This document shows, piece by piece, positions 27,311 to 37,900 of a stretch of DNA of 64,000 nt (positions are counted from its first letter, which is position 1; every line of letters starts with the position of its first letter). The translations under genes were made by a program, and so were the position numbers. The stretch lies in IMG/VR virus record IMGVR_UViG_3300042351_000809. One strand, given 5' to 3'. Source of the DNA: a virus. Below the pieces are notes generated by a model. The model saw nothing but the letters and a program-made list of their open reading frames with translations, ran no database searches and was not told where the DNA came from.

Positions 27311-27945
27311 TGGAAGATCTGCTTCGTTACGATAAGGATAAAGTTTATACTTTTATAGACCTAGAAACAGAGAATCTCTGCCTAAGTTTTATTAATAATC
27401 GCCCTTGGCAGTGCGGCATGATTAGAGTCAAGGGAAATGAAATTTTAGAGACTTCAGATATCTATATCAAATGGGATAAGCCTATTAATGTCAGCAAAGA
27501 GGCGGCAGTAATCACCCGTTTTGATCAGTATAAATATAATAAAATTGCAGTACACTCAAGCGAAGCAATCAAGACGATTGATCAGTGGCTAGAGAAGTGT
27601 GATTATATTGTGGGTCATAATGTCCTTAATTTTGATATTTATCTAATCAAGGACTATTACGAAACATATGGAAAAGAATGGAAGCATTTGGTTAATAAAG
27701 TCATTGACACAAACTGCCTAGCTAAAGGTATTAAATACGAGATTCCTTATTCTAAGGATATCAGCTTAATTGAATATCAGTATAGAATATTGAACGAAAG
27801 ACGCAAAGGAGTAAAAACTAATTTAACTGCACTTGGAAAAGAATACGATATTGATCACGATTACGAAACCTTGCACGACGCACTTAACGACTTACATTTA
27901 AACATCAAAGTATGGAACAAGCTCAAATTCCAGATCGCAATATGA
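27307..27945 (+). CDS. DEDDh 3'-5' exonuclease (epsilon-like)
   Basis: IDLETE, VGHNVLNFD, IDT, LHDALND. Confidence 0.88.
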   Translation: MMEDLLRYDKDKVYTFIDLETENLCLSFINNRPWQCGMIRVKGNEILETSDIYIKWDKPINVSKEAAVITRFDQYKYNKIAVHSSEAIKTIDQWLEKCDYIVGHNVLNFDIYLIKDYYETYGKEWKHLVNKVIDTNCLAKGIKYEIPYSKDISLIEYQYRILNERRKGVKTNLTALGKEYDIDHDYETLHDALNDLHLNIKVWNKLKFQIAI

Positions 27946-30500
27946 ATTTTACTAAAGACTTTCAAAAATACGACCTTGGCTTGCACGGTCTTAGAATGCC
28001 TGTCTTTGAAATTGATCAAAGGCATAAGTCTAGACTTAATCTAGTCGCTGCTACTTCTAATTATGACTTCTTAAGAAGCCTAGCTAGAGAAGGGTTTTAT
28101 AAGCTTAATCTTGAAAAAGGAAGTGAGCTTTATAAGAGGTATGTTGATCGCGTTAATTATGAATTGCAAATTCTGCAAGAACTAGAGTTCATTGATTATA
28201 TTATCCTAATTTGGGATGTAATTAACTATTGCAGAGAGAATAACATTCCCACTGGACCGGGAAGAGGATCTTGCGCTGGTTCACTTCTCTTATTTCTCAT
28301 TGACGTAACCAAAATTGACCCCATTAAGTATGAACTGTTCTTTGAGCGTTTCATCTCTAAAGCTAGAGCAAAGAAAACTGTGATAGAAGGAGTTACATAT
28401 TTCGATGGCTCCCTATTCCCTGACGTTGACCTAGATATCTGTTATTATAATCGCCATAAAGTTATTACTTATCTTGAAGAAAAGTTCAAGGGCAAGACTT
28501 CTAAAATCTTAACTCTTAATACTTTAAGTTCAAAACTCTGCATTAAGGAATCAGGAAAAGTAGTGGCGGAAAAGCAGGAAAGCGAGATGAATGATGTCTC
28601 GTCTTATATTCCAAAGCTCTTCGGACAAGTTAAGAGTCTTGAGGATGCAATTACGGAAAGCGAAAAGTTCGCTGAGTGGGCAGGAGATAATGAAGAGGTT
28701 TACAAAATCGCCTTAAAACTTCAAAATCTTAATAAGAATAAAGGTGTTCATCCTTCTGGTCTTTTGCTGGCTCATTCTCCTCTTGAAGAGTCTTGTCCTG
28801 TAGAGCTTTCTTCTGATAAGCAGATTGTATCTAGCTATGACATGAATAATGTTACGGCATACAATATCAAACTTGATTTGCTAGGTTTAAGAGGCGTTTC
28901 GGTTGTTGATGACGTTTGTAAATCTCTTGGTATTAGATATGAGGACATTGATGTAAATGATGTTTTCATATATCAGCAACTGCAAGATTTTAAACTTCCT
29001 CATGGGTTATTCCAAATTGAGGCAGAAACGAACTTCAAAGTCTGCCAAAAGGTAAAACCAAAAAACCTTGAGCAACTAAGCGGTGTATTGGCTCTTGCTC
29101 GCCCCGGCGCACTTCAGTTCATTGATAAGTATGCCAACTATACTAACAATGATCATTATGAAAGTATCCATCCTTTCTTTGATGACATCTTAGGTGTAAC
29201 TGGAGGCGTTTGCTTGTATCAAGAGCAGTTAATGAAGATGGTGAGCAAAGTTGGCTTTTCTCTTGATGAAGCAGAAATCGTTCGACGCTGTGTAGGCAAA
29301 AAGAAGGTCGAAGAGATGAAAGAATGGGAGCAGAAGATCAAAGACAAAATCTCTGAACAAAAGCTTGATCCTAAGATTGGTGAAGTCCTCTGGAGAATTG
29401 CTAATGACTCTGCTAATTACCAATTTAATAAATCTCATTCTGTGGCTTATGCTGCTCTTGCCGCAATCTCAATTTATCTAAAATTCAAATATCCCCAGCA
29501 ATTCTTCTTGTCTCTCCTCAAGATGAGCAAGCACGAACCAGATCCAATTGGAGAAATTTCTAAAATTGAAAAGGAACTTGTGTATTTCAATATTAAACTT
29601 CTTCCACCTCATCTATTAAAATCAAAAGAAGAGTTCTGTATTGAAGGCGAGAACATCCGCTTTGGACTTCTGTCTGTTAAAGGAATCAGCGAGAAGACTG
29701 TCAAAGCTGTTAATGAGTTCAGAAAAGAATTTCAAAACAAGTTCGACATCTTTGAGACCGCATCCCAAGCCAACCTGAATATCGGAGTTCTTTGCGCCTT
29801 GATTCAAGCTGGTGCTTTGGACGGTGACTTCAAGCAGTCTAGAAGCAAAATAGTATATGAAGCCCAGCTTTGGAACGTCTTAACTAATAAGGAGAAGATT
29901 AATGCAAAGCTATTTGGCGAGACTTTTGATTATGACTTAGTTAAAATCCTTATGCATATGAAGGACAATAAGGATGTTCAAGGCAAACCTTATATTAAAG
30001 AATCAAGACTTCAGACCTTGCGAACCAAAGCAGATCCCTATAAAAAGATCTATGAAATCAATAGTAAGTCAGAGAGTTTTGCTAATTGGTTTTATGAGAA
30101 TTCTATTATTGGATATAGCGTTAGGAATAAACTGAGGGAAGTTTTTATTTCAAAGAAAGATGATCTAGTTTATATTAAAGACATTGCGGACTTTGCCGAG
30201 AAAGATGAAGTCTCATTTATTGGAGTTATTCAAGAGTGCAAGTCAGGAGTTTCAAGAGAGAAGAAAACTAGATATTTCAAGATGCAAATCTCAGATGAAA
30301 CTGCATCAGTTAACGTCATGATCTTCTCTGATAAGATCGATGATATGCAGAACCTAAACAACAGGATGCCAAAAGAAGAAGACATTGTTATCGTTACTGG
30401 ACAGAAGTTTGGAGACTCTGTATTTGCTAGACTTGTAGCCATTCAAACTCATACAGTTTACACTAAACTTTCCCAATTAAAAGCCGAAAAAAATAATTGA
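27942..30500 (+). CDS. dnaE: DNA polymerase III alpha core (palm/fingers/HhH/OB), no PHP domain
   Basis: GPGRGSCAGSL, LFFERF, PDVDLD, GVHPSG, KLDLLGL, YQEQLM, FNKSHSVAYA, IRFGL..VKG; ATG 27942 coupled to the exonuclease stop. Confidence 0.92.
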   Translation: MNFTKDFQKYDLGLHGLRMPVFEIDQRHKSRLNLVAATSNYDFLRSLAREGFYKLNLEKGSELYKRYVDRVNYELQILQELEFIDYIILIWDVINYCRENNIPTGPGRGSCAGSLLLFLIDVTKIDPIKYELFFERFISKARAKKTVIEGVTYFDGSLFPDVDLDICYYNRHKVITYLEEKFKGKTSKILTLNTLSSKLCIKESGKVVAEKQESEMNDVSSYIPKLFGQVKSLEDAITESEKFAEWAGDNEEVYKIALKLQNLNKNKGVHPSGLLLAHSPLEESCPVELSSDKQIVSSYDMNNVTAYNIKLDLLGLRGVSVVDDVCKSLGIRYEDIDVNDVFIYQQLQDFKLPHGLFQIEAETNFKVCQKVKPKNLEQLSGVLALARPGALQFIDKYANYTNNDHYESIHPFFDDILGVTGGVCLYQEQLMKMVSKVGFSLDEAEIVRRCVGKKKVEEMKEWEQKIKDKISEQKLDPKIGEVLWRIANDSANYQFNKSHSVAYAALAAISIYLKFKYPQQFFLSLLKMSKHEPDPIGEISKIEKELVYFNIKLLPPHLLKSKEEFCIEGENIRFGLLSVKGISEKTVKAVNEFRKEFQNKFDIFETASQANLNIGVLCALIQAGALDGDFKQSRSKIVYEAQLWNVLTNKEKINAKLFGETFDYDLVKILMHMKDNKDVQGKPYIKESRLQTLRTKADPYKKIYEINSKSESFANWFYENSIIGYSVRNKLREVFISKKDDLVYIKDIADFAEKDEVSFIGVIQECKSGVSREKKTRYFKMQISDETASVNVMIFSDKIDDMQNLNNRMPKEEDIVIVTGQKFGDSVFARLVAIQTHTVYTKLSQLKAEKNN

Positions 30501-30525
30501 TAAATCACGTTTTTTCAGGCAAAAT
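30497..30525 (+). promoter_or_regulatory. sigma70-type promoter
   Basis: TTGATA-N17-CAAAAT, 9 nt before ATG 30535. Confidence 0.5.
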
Positions 30526-30534
30526 AATGTCTGA

Positions 30535-31119
30535 ATGAACCTACAATTTTATAAGGGAAATGCAAAAGTAACTGGAACCGCTTGCTCTTTTCAAACGAAG
30601 GATACCTCTTTGTTTGTTAATTTTATCAAGCAGCACTCTTGGAACGAAGCCAAGAAGCTTGGGTCTTTTCGTGAGAACGCAAAGAACCCAGAGAAGACTA
30701 CTGTATTAAAGTTTAATGCAGTCGAAGCAGCAGGTATCGTAGATGCAATCAACAGAAATGCTGAGTATAAGTTCTATCATACCGCTCCTAACTCAAATGC
30801 AATGGGCAAATTCTGCCCGTATCTCAGAGACAATAATCAGATTGGATTTTCTTTCAACGCCTCAAAGGAACAAAAGGGGGATTCAGTTAATAAGGTTAGC
30901 TTTTTGATTGGCTTCACTTTCGCAGAAGCAATTCTCGTCAAAGAGTTCTTGCAAGAGTTTATCAGAAACTCTTTCTATGCTCAAGACAAGGCCGCTTCAG
31001 CCCCAAAGGAGACTCAAGAGGAGGAAGCCCCAAAGAAGCCAGCTTATAATAAAATTCAACTAAATCAAACTGCTGCCCAAACTGAAGCAGAGGCTCAAGC
31101 AGAAGAACTCGTATTCTAA
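30535..31119 (+). CDS. hypothetical protein, possible PC4/Whirly-like ssDNA-binding protein
   Basis: Two beta-rich-plus-helix units and an acidic tail EELVF; sits next to dnaE; fold is a guess. Confidence 0.45.
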   Translation: MNLQFYKGNAKVTGTACSFQTKDTSLFVNFIKQHSWNEAKKLGSFRENAKNPEKTTVLKFNAVEAAGIVDAINRNAEYKFYHTAPNSNAMGKFCPYLRDNNQIGFSFNASKEQKGDSVNKVSFLIGFTFAEAILVKEFLQEFIRNSFYAQDKAASAPKETQEEEAPKKPAYNKIQLNQTAAQTEAEAQAEELVF

Positions 31120-33026
31120 TGCGAAAGAAAAAGATAGTAATTCAAACGGATTGGTGCCTCGCTAAAACTGGATTCGGTAGGGCAGCGAAGGAACTAGTCT
31201 CTTACCTGTACAACACGGGCAAGTATGATATTATCCATTACTGCGGGGGAACCCAAGTGGGTTCTCCCGCTTTATCCAAGACTCCTTGGAAGAGTCTTGG
31301 AAGTGTCCCTACCGATCCCAATGAGATTAATAGGATCAATGCCGATCCCGCCCTCGCTAGAGATGTATCCTATGGATCTTATTACATTGATCAAGTAATC
31401 AAGGAAGAGAAGCCTGATATTTGGATTGGAGCGCAAGATCCTTGGGCTTTCACTCAATACTATAATAAACACTGGTATAAGAATATCACTTCTCTTCTTT
31501 GGGTTACCCTTGATTCTCTTCCGATCTATGATGAAGCAATAAATCAAGCAAAGAAGTCTTCTCAATACTGGATCTGGAGTGAGTTTGCTACAAAAGAAAT
31601 GCATAAAATTGGCATCAATAATGCCAGAACCATGCATGGTCCAGTAAATCATTCTAAATTTAGTTATTTGGGAGCCGAGAAAAAGAAGCAGCTTAAGGCG
31701 CGTTTTGGTCTTGGTGATTCTTTTATTGTCGGTTTCGTATTTAGAAATCAACTTCGCAAGTCTGTACCTAACCTGCTAGAAGGTTTTAGAGACTTTACTA
31801 AAAACTATCCCGATGTAAAAAATGCAAAGTTATTGCTCCATACTCATTGGGGCGAAGGCTGGGATATTCATAAGCTTGCAGACGAATATCAAATAGATAG
31901 AAAAGACATTTATACAACTTACGTTTGCAATAAATGTAAAAATTACTTCATTACGCCTTTTCAAGGTCAAGAATTAAAGTGCCCATCTTGTAATTCTGAT
32001 AAAAGCTGCTCTACAACAAATACTGGATTTGGCGTAAGTGAAGAGCAGTTGTGTGAGGTTTATAATTTGATGGATGTTTATTGTCATCCATTTACTAGCG
32101 GTGGACAAGAGATTCCAATCCAAGAAGCAAAATATTGTGAGCTTGTAACTTTAGTAACTAACTATAGTTGCGGAGAAGATATGTGTCATCCTGATGCTGC
32201 TTCTATTGCTCTTGAATGGTCAGAATACAGAGAGCATGGTACTCAGTTTAGAAAAGCTTCTACTTATCCTCAGTCTATAGCAAAACAGTTGTATCATGTC
32301 TACAAGATGCCAGAGTCTGAAAAGAGACAAATGGGTCAAAAGGCTAGAAAATGGGCTATAGAAAACTATTCTGTTCCTGTTATTGGAAAGATGTTCGAAC
32401 AGTATATCGACTCTATTCCTTTTACATCTTATGACTTCTCCTTGAAGGAAGAAGAAAAAGACCCTAATGCCAGCGTCCCAAATATTACTGACAATGGAGA
32501 ATGGCTAATCTTCATGTATCATAATATTCTGAAGATGAAGCAGGTCAATCAGAATGATGATGGATACAAGCATTGGATGAAAAAGCTTTCTGAAGGAGAA
32601 AGTCGCCAGAATGTTGAAAACTATTTCCGCCAAGTAGCCGCACAAGAAAATCAAAAAAATAGGAAAATTGATTTTGAAGAAATTCTAGATCCTAATGACA
32701 AAGGAAAGAGAATTCTTTTTGTAATGCCAGAAAGCATTGGAGATATTTATCTCTGCACTGCTCTTCTTGAGTCAATAAAAGAAACCTATCCTGACCATAA
32801 TCTATACTTCGCCACTAAGAAAGATTATTTCTCTATCGTCGAAGGTAATCCTTATGTCCATAGAATTATAGAATATATTCCCCAAATGGATAGCTTGCTG
32901 TGGCTAGAAGGCTATGGAGACCATCAGGGGTATTTTGAGATAGCTTTCTTGCCTCATATAGGCACTCAAAAAATGCTAAATTATCTTCATAACGGCAAAG
33001 ACAAGATCGCATTCGATATTAAATAA
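31119..33026 (+). CDS. GT4 glycosyltransferase with Zn-ribbon insert, fused to the N-terminal half of a GT9
   Basis: KTGFGR, RNQLRK, CNKC...CPSC, SGGQEIPIQEA; C-terminal RILFV.PESIGD...YPD...NPYV..I. Confidence 0.8.
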   Translation: MRKKKIVIQTDWCLAKTGFGRAAKELVSYLYNTGKYDIIHYCGGTQVGSPALSKTPWKSLGSVPTDPNEINRINADPALARDVSYGSYYIDQVIKEEKPDIWIGAQDPWAFTQYYNKHWYKNITSLLWVTLDSLPIYDEAINQAKKSSQYWIWSEFATKEMHKIGINNARTMHGPVNHSKFSYLGAEKKKQLKARFGLGDSFIVGFVFRNQLRKSVPNLLEGFRDFTKNYPDVKNAKLLLHTHWGEGWDIHKLADEYQIDRKDIYTTYVCNKCKNYFITPFQGQELKCPSCNSDKSCSTTNTGFGVSEEQLCEVYNLMDVYCHPFTSGGQEIPIQEAKYCELVTLVTNYSCGEDMCHPDAASIALEWSEYREHGTQFRKASTYPQSIAKQLYHVYKMPESEKRQMGQKARKWAIENYSVPVIGKMFEQYIDSIPFTSYDFSLKEEEKDPNASVPNITDNGEWLIFMYHNILKMKQVNQNDDGYKHWMKKLSEGESRQNVENYFRQVAAQENQKNRKIDFEEILDPNDKGKRILFVMPESIGDIYLCTALLESIKETYPDHNLYFATKKDYFSIVEGNPYVHRIIEYIPQMDSLLWLEGYGDHQGYFEIAFLPHIGTQKMLNYLHNGKDKIAFDIK

Positions 33027-33027
33027 T

Positions 33028-34200
33028 ATGCACCTTTTAGAGCAATACTCTCTAGCTTCTGGAGTTAAGATTAAGAAGCCTTATATTTACGAAAAATTTT
33101 TTCCTGTTACCGCTGACAAGTATGTTACTTTCCATCCAAGCTCTAAGCCTTCAAAGACTTATGATTATTGGCAGGAAGTAGTTAATCTTATTTCTCCTAT
33201 TTTAAATGAAAAAGGAATAAAGATTATTCAGCTTGGGCAAGAGAAAGAAAAAGTTTATAGCGACGTTCTAAGCTTTGTTGGGTTAACAAATATTAATCAA
33301 ACAGCTTTCGTTCTAAAAAACTCGCTTCTTCATTTTGGAGCAGATAGTTTCCCTACTCATATCGCATCTGGCTATGGCAAAAAGATTGTAGCATTATATT
33401 CTAATAATTACATCAATTGCGTAAAGCCTTTTTTTGGAGACCCCAAAGACCATATTTTGCTTGAACCAAAGAGGACCAACAAGCCAACATTTTCTTTTGA
33501 GGAGAATCCCAAAACAATCAATTCAATAAAGCCAGAGCATATTGCTAACAGTATTCTAAAATTGCTAGGCATTCCTCATAGCAACTCTATCCAAACCCTT
33601 TATTTTGGCACCGAATACAATAACATGAGATTAGAAATGGTGCCTAATCAAATTGTAAATCCAAAACAGTTTAATTCTAATAATATTGTTGTTAGAATGG
33701 ACTTGGAGCATAACGAGAAATTCCTCAATGAACAGCTTCAAGTTTGTCAATGCTTTATAATAACAGATAAACCCATCGATCCAAATATTATCATCAACAA
33801 TAAAAATAATATTGGAAGAATTTTTTACGAAATCAAAGAAAACAACAACATAGGATTTGCAGACTTTTTAGCATCTAGTAATATTTCTTATCAATTGTTT
33901 ACTTATTTAGAAGGCAAGGAATTAGAAGAAATTAAACTTAAATACCTTGAACAAGAGTACATTACTCAAATGCCAATTAATCTAAAAAAGAAAACTGGCA
34001 TCGAATATACTTCCAACGCTTTCTATAAATCAAACAAGAGATTAATTAGTAATGGCAAAGTTTACTTGAGTGAATCTTCTTTAAAAAATGGAATTGAAGC
34101 AAAGCAGCTTGCTGAACCCGTTATCGACTGTCCAGAGTTCTGGAAAGAGGTTGAGAATTTCTGGATTTTTAGAGTTGATAAGTCCGCAGCTTCGGCATAG
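33028..34200 (+). CDS. C-terminal half of a GT9 plus an unknown C-terminal domain
   Basis: HLLEQY, YVTFHP, YW.EVV, IIQLG, G.DSFPTHIA...GK..VALY. Confidence 0.7.
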   Translation: MHLLEQYSLASGVKIKKPYIYEKFFPVTADKYVTFHPSSKPSKTYDYWQEVVNLISPILNEKGIKIIQLGQEKEKVYSDVLSFVGLTNINQTAFVLKNSLLHFGADSFPTHIASGYGKKIVALYSNNYINCVKPFFGDPKDHILLEPKRTNKPTFSFEENPKTINSIKPEHIANSILKLLGIPHSNSIQTLYFGTEYNNMRLEMVPNQIVNPKQFNSNNIVVRMDLEHNEKFLNEQLQVCQCFIITDKPIDPNIIINNKNNIGRIFYEIKENNNIGFADFLASSNISYQLFTYLEGKELEEIKLKYLEQEYITQMPINLKKKTGIEYTSNAFYKSNKRLISNGKVYLSESSLKNGIEAKQLAEPVIDCPEFWKEVENFWIFRVDKSAASA

Positions 34201-34203
34201 TAT
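34175..34203 (+). promoter_or_regulatory. sigma70-type promoter, likely leaderless transcript
   Basis: TTGATA-N17-TAGTAT, 6 nt before GTG 34210. Confidence 0.65.
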
Positions 34204-34209
34204 ATCTAT

Positions 34210-34908
34210 GTGAATACTGTAAAGAAACTTGTTCGTTCCTCTGAAGGTCTCATTGAAGGTGTAGAATATCACTTTAATGATGACGGTTCTATTAACTGGC
34301 GAAAAATGATCAAGCCAGAATTCCTTGTTCCAAACAGGGATAAGACCAATGAAACTGATGTTACTAAGCTAGAAGATAAAGATCTACTCATTCTTCTAGC
34401 TGGAATTAAATATGTAGCACAACTTAGAGGATTTCACTCTGTTGATTACACCGTAACCTCTCCAAGTTCAGACTATGTAGTAGCAGTTTGTAAAATAGAC
34501 TGGATTTCAAACTACGAAACAGAAGGAAATTGTATTACATTTTCTTCTATTGGAGATGCTTCTCCCGGTAACACTAAGGACTTTGCTCGTCATTTCTTGG
34601 GTCCAATTGCCGAAAATAGAGCGTTTATTCGCTGCGTCCGAAACTTCTTAAAGATTAACATCGTTGGTCAAGATGAAATTGGCAAGTCGAAGAATAATGT
34701 TGTTGATGATTCCGCCGAGTCTTCAGCAATCTTTGAGCCTCATGCTATTCTTGAAAAAGTAATGAAAGAGAAGAGCGTTACTTTCACGAAGCTTAAAGAA
34801 AAATTGATTAAAGAAAACTATACTAACGCTGATTCTCTTATGTCAATAGCTGACATTCCAAAGATTAAAATCTTTGAATTGATTGAAAGAATTCAAAAGC
34901 TTAAGTAA
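34210..34908 (+). CDS. Rad52/Sak-like single-strand annealing protein (putative)
   Basis: GDA...N.......IAENRAFIRCVR..L.I..V..DEI helix motif. Confidence 0.55.
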   Translation: MNTVKKLVRSSEGLIEGVEYHFNDDGSINWRKMIKPEFLVPNRDKTNETDVTKLEDKDLLILLAGIKYVAQLRGFHSVDYTVTSPSSDYVVAVCKIDWISNYETEGNCITFSSIGDASPGNTKDFARHFLGPIAENRAFIRCVRNFLKINIVGQDEIGKSKNNVVDDSAESSAIFEPHAILEKVMKEKSVTFTKLKEKLIKENYTNADSLMSIADIPKIKIFELIERIQKLK

Positions 34909-37900
34909 CTAAGAAGTCCCTATTCCGGGGGAGCTTGAACCTGCTCCTACTGAACCTGCAAATATTTTATTTGAAGAGCTAACTGTTCCTAACCCTTTAA
35001 ATAGAGAAGCTTGCGAATTAATTGTTTCAATTCTTAGTTTCAAATATTTAGAATCAATTGGATCATTTGGATTTACATAATCTCCTGTTGCAGGGATCTT
35101 CGTAGAAAAGTCTACTCTTAAATACCTTCCATTCTTGGAAGGCTTTGTTGTAGTAAGCATAAACCTCTTTCCGTTATACCCAGTGGGATAAAGGATTGAG
35201 GTTTTTAGCTGTACGTCAATATCATTGAAATCTGCATCATTATTAGAATAAATTTCATCGTATCCAACTGTTAAGTTATTCTCTCCAACGTATTGGCTAC
35301 CAGTTAAGATGATGTCAGCTATTCTTGCGAAGTTATTTGGATTTTGAATAGTTAAAAATGGTTGATCATTTGTTTCATAAACTGCTCCATAGTTAGCTAA
35401 TCTCATGTCTAGTTTTTCACCAACTACGAAACCGTTATCCAATGGGAATGTAACTGATGGGCTATAATAAGCATAGTATTTAGAACCATCTCCACTTTGT
35501 GTAGCGAAGTTATCTCCAGAAAAAATTAAGTTTGAAGGAGGATTTCTTAGTATAAATCCAGAACTTGGCAAAGGGACAATAGCGTTGTTTCCGGTCCAAA
35601 AATCTTGAGTTGGCGCAGTTGGATTAAACAATATATCTATTCCTGTAACTTGACCTACATAAGGAGGCATAAAAGAAACTATTGCATTTATAGTTGGAGT
35701 TCCACCTGCGCTAGTAGCGAGATTCATTCCTATCGAAGTCGCCGTGTATCCTGCGCCTCCGCTAATAATAGAGTATCCTGTAATGATTCCTCCGGGAGCG
35801 TTGTAAAAGTCTATCTTTGCACGTTTTTTATTAAACTGGAAAACTGTTGGGAAATTTTCTACTATTACTCCATTGACTTTTGTAAAGAAATTAACGCCAG
35901 TTAAATACCTAACTCCTTCACCATTGAAAGTAATAACAGAGCCGTCCCATCCGCTAACCTGAGTTGTTCCATCTAGTCTATATGTTAAGTTATTATTTAG
36001 ATAAGCGTCATTAATTGAGATAAATGGAATATAGTTAAAATTACCAGTAACAGGATACTCTTCTCCTAAATAAGTTTGGAGATAAAACATTCCAGAGATT
36101 GGCCTTATGTCTTCTACGTCTTTACCATGCAAATTCTTTCCTGCCATTGATGGAGGATAGAATTTTAACTGACCATAATCTTTATAAATGACGCTACTAT
36201 TTAAGTCTCTAGAATCAGTTACAACTGTTATTCCTGATTTATAATTGGCTGCTAAATAAGGAAAAGACGTAGCTATTGCTCCAGAAGCTCCTCTAGCAAG
36301 AGTGCCAACTCCCTCAAATTTAATTCCTGTTACATAATTAAGATTTTCGCCAGTTAAAGTAATTAGTGATCTATATGTACCTGTTAGAATATTTAAAGGC
36401 GAAGTAGAAATAGATGGAGCTTTAATTGTGATAGTTTTGTACATATTATCTGCATCAAAACTATTCCTTTGGAAGAATATCTGACCACTTCCAACGTATC
36501 CATCTAAAGTTATGTAACTATTTGAACTTACTGTGGTTCCAATGCCAATAGTATCTGAACCACTGAGTAGCAATCCTAAGTCAGGTATTTGAGAAGAAAC
36601 ATCTGATACAATATTTAAATTTCCAGAAAGAATAGAGTATCCAGTATAAGGTTGAGCTAATCCAGAAAGGGTAGAGATGTCAGCAACTGACATTGCTTGA
36701 GAAATTAAATACTGACCTGTTTTATTTGTTAGATTATTAAATCCACTAATATAAAGATCTCTTGTTTGAAAATTATGAGCATTGATTCCTGTAACTAATA
36801 TAATATCTCTAGTTCTATAAGTATCAGCGTTTGAACCAGAAACAGTTGTGCTTGGATTAAACGAAGGAGAAAATCCTTTTATTTCGGCAGTAGTTCCAGA
36901 AGTAAAGAATCTAAAAACTCCTTTCTTTACGTCTCTTGGTACTCTTATCAAAGCCCCAGTTGAAGAAGGAGCAATAACGTGAGGATATTTTATTATTTCA
37001 TTATTAAATCCAATACCATAAAAATCAAGATTGCTTAAATTGCTACCAGACAGAGTTATCGAATCATTAAAATAAGCAGAAGTAGGAATAATTTTTGAAA
37101 TGATAGGATTAACAAAAGTTAAAGAATCTGTTGTTGTTACTCTTGCGCTACCATTCACAACCATTGGCCCATCAGCAATATCATAAACTTGAGGGATATA
37201 AAAGCTTAATCCGCTAATACTTTGTCTTCTAAAAGCCGTAATTACCTTGTAAGCACCGTCTTGTCTACCTAGTTCTATAGAAGTAACTGTATTTAAGAAT
37301 TTTCCAGATAGAGTAATTAAAGTATTCGTGGCTCCAGTTATTGGAGAAAATCCATCTACAACAAGAGTCCCGCTTGCTATAGGCAAACCGCTTGGATAAG
37401 TATAATTATAGTAATTAGAATTGATAGAAAGAGAATCGCCGCTTTGAGCAAAATCAGGAACAGTAAACACTATTCTTTGGGAAAACTCTGAACCATCTTG
37501 AGATATAGTATAATTGCTAACAGGATAGCTTCCTATGTTAATTGAGCCTACATAATATATGTCGCTTCCGTATCCAGTTGCTGGTTGACCTTGGGTTAAT
37601 AATGCGGGATATATTCCTGTTATTGTTGGAGTTTTAAGGAATGTGAATTGTTTATCAAACCCACCAGTAATTCTAGAATATGTGTTATCTAATACTAAAT
37701 TAGTTTTTCTAGTTGAAGATAAGTTAGGAGTATTAAGGCTTAAATAACCAAAAGTTCTAACATTGTCGTCTATCAAACCAGCATTCGCATGAATTAAAAC
37801 TTCTGTATTTGAATTATTTCTAGCTCTCCTAATAGGAGCAAAATTAGAATATTGATAAGGATTTTCTCTTACGACTCTAACTTCATCTATATAACCACTC

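Noticed and set aside
8209-30500. Inteins or introns in nrdJ, recombinase, dnaB, dnaE
   Set aside because: Lengths are normal or short, motifs are contiguous, and I saw no C...HN splice junctions or homing endonuclease motifs
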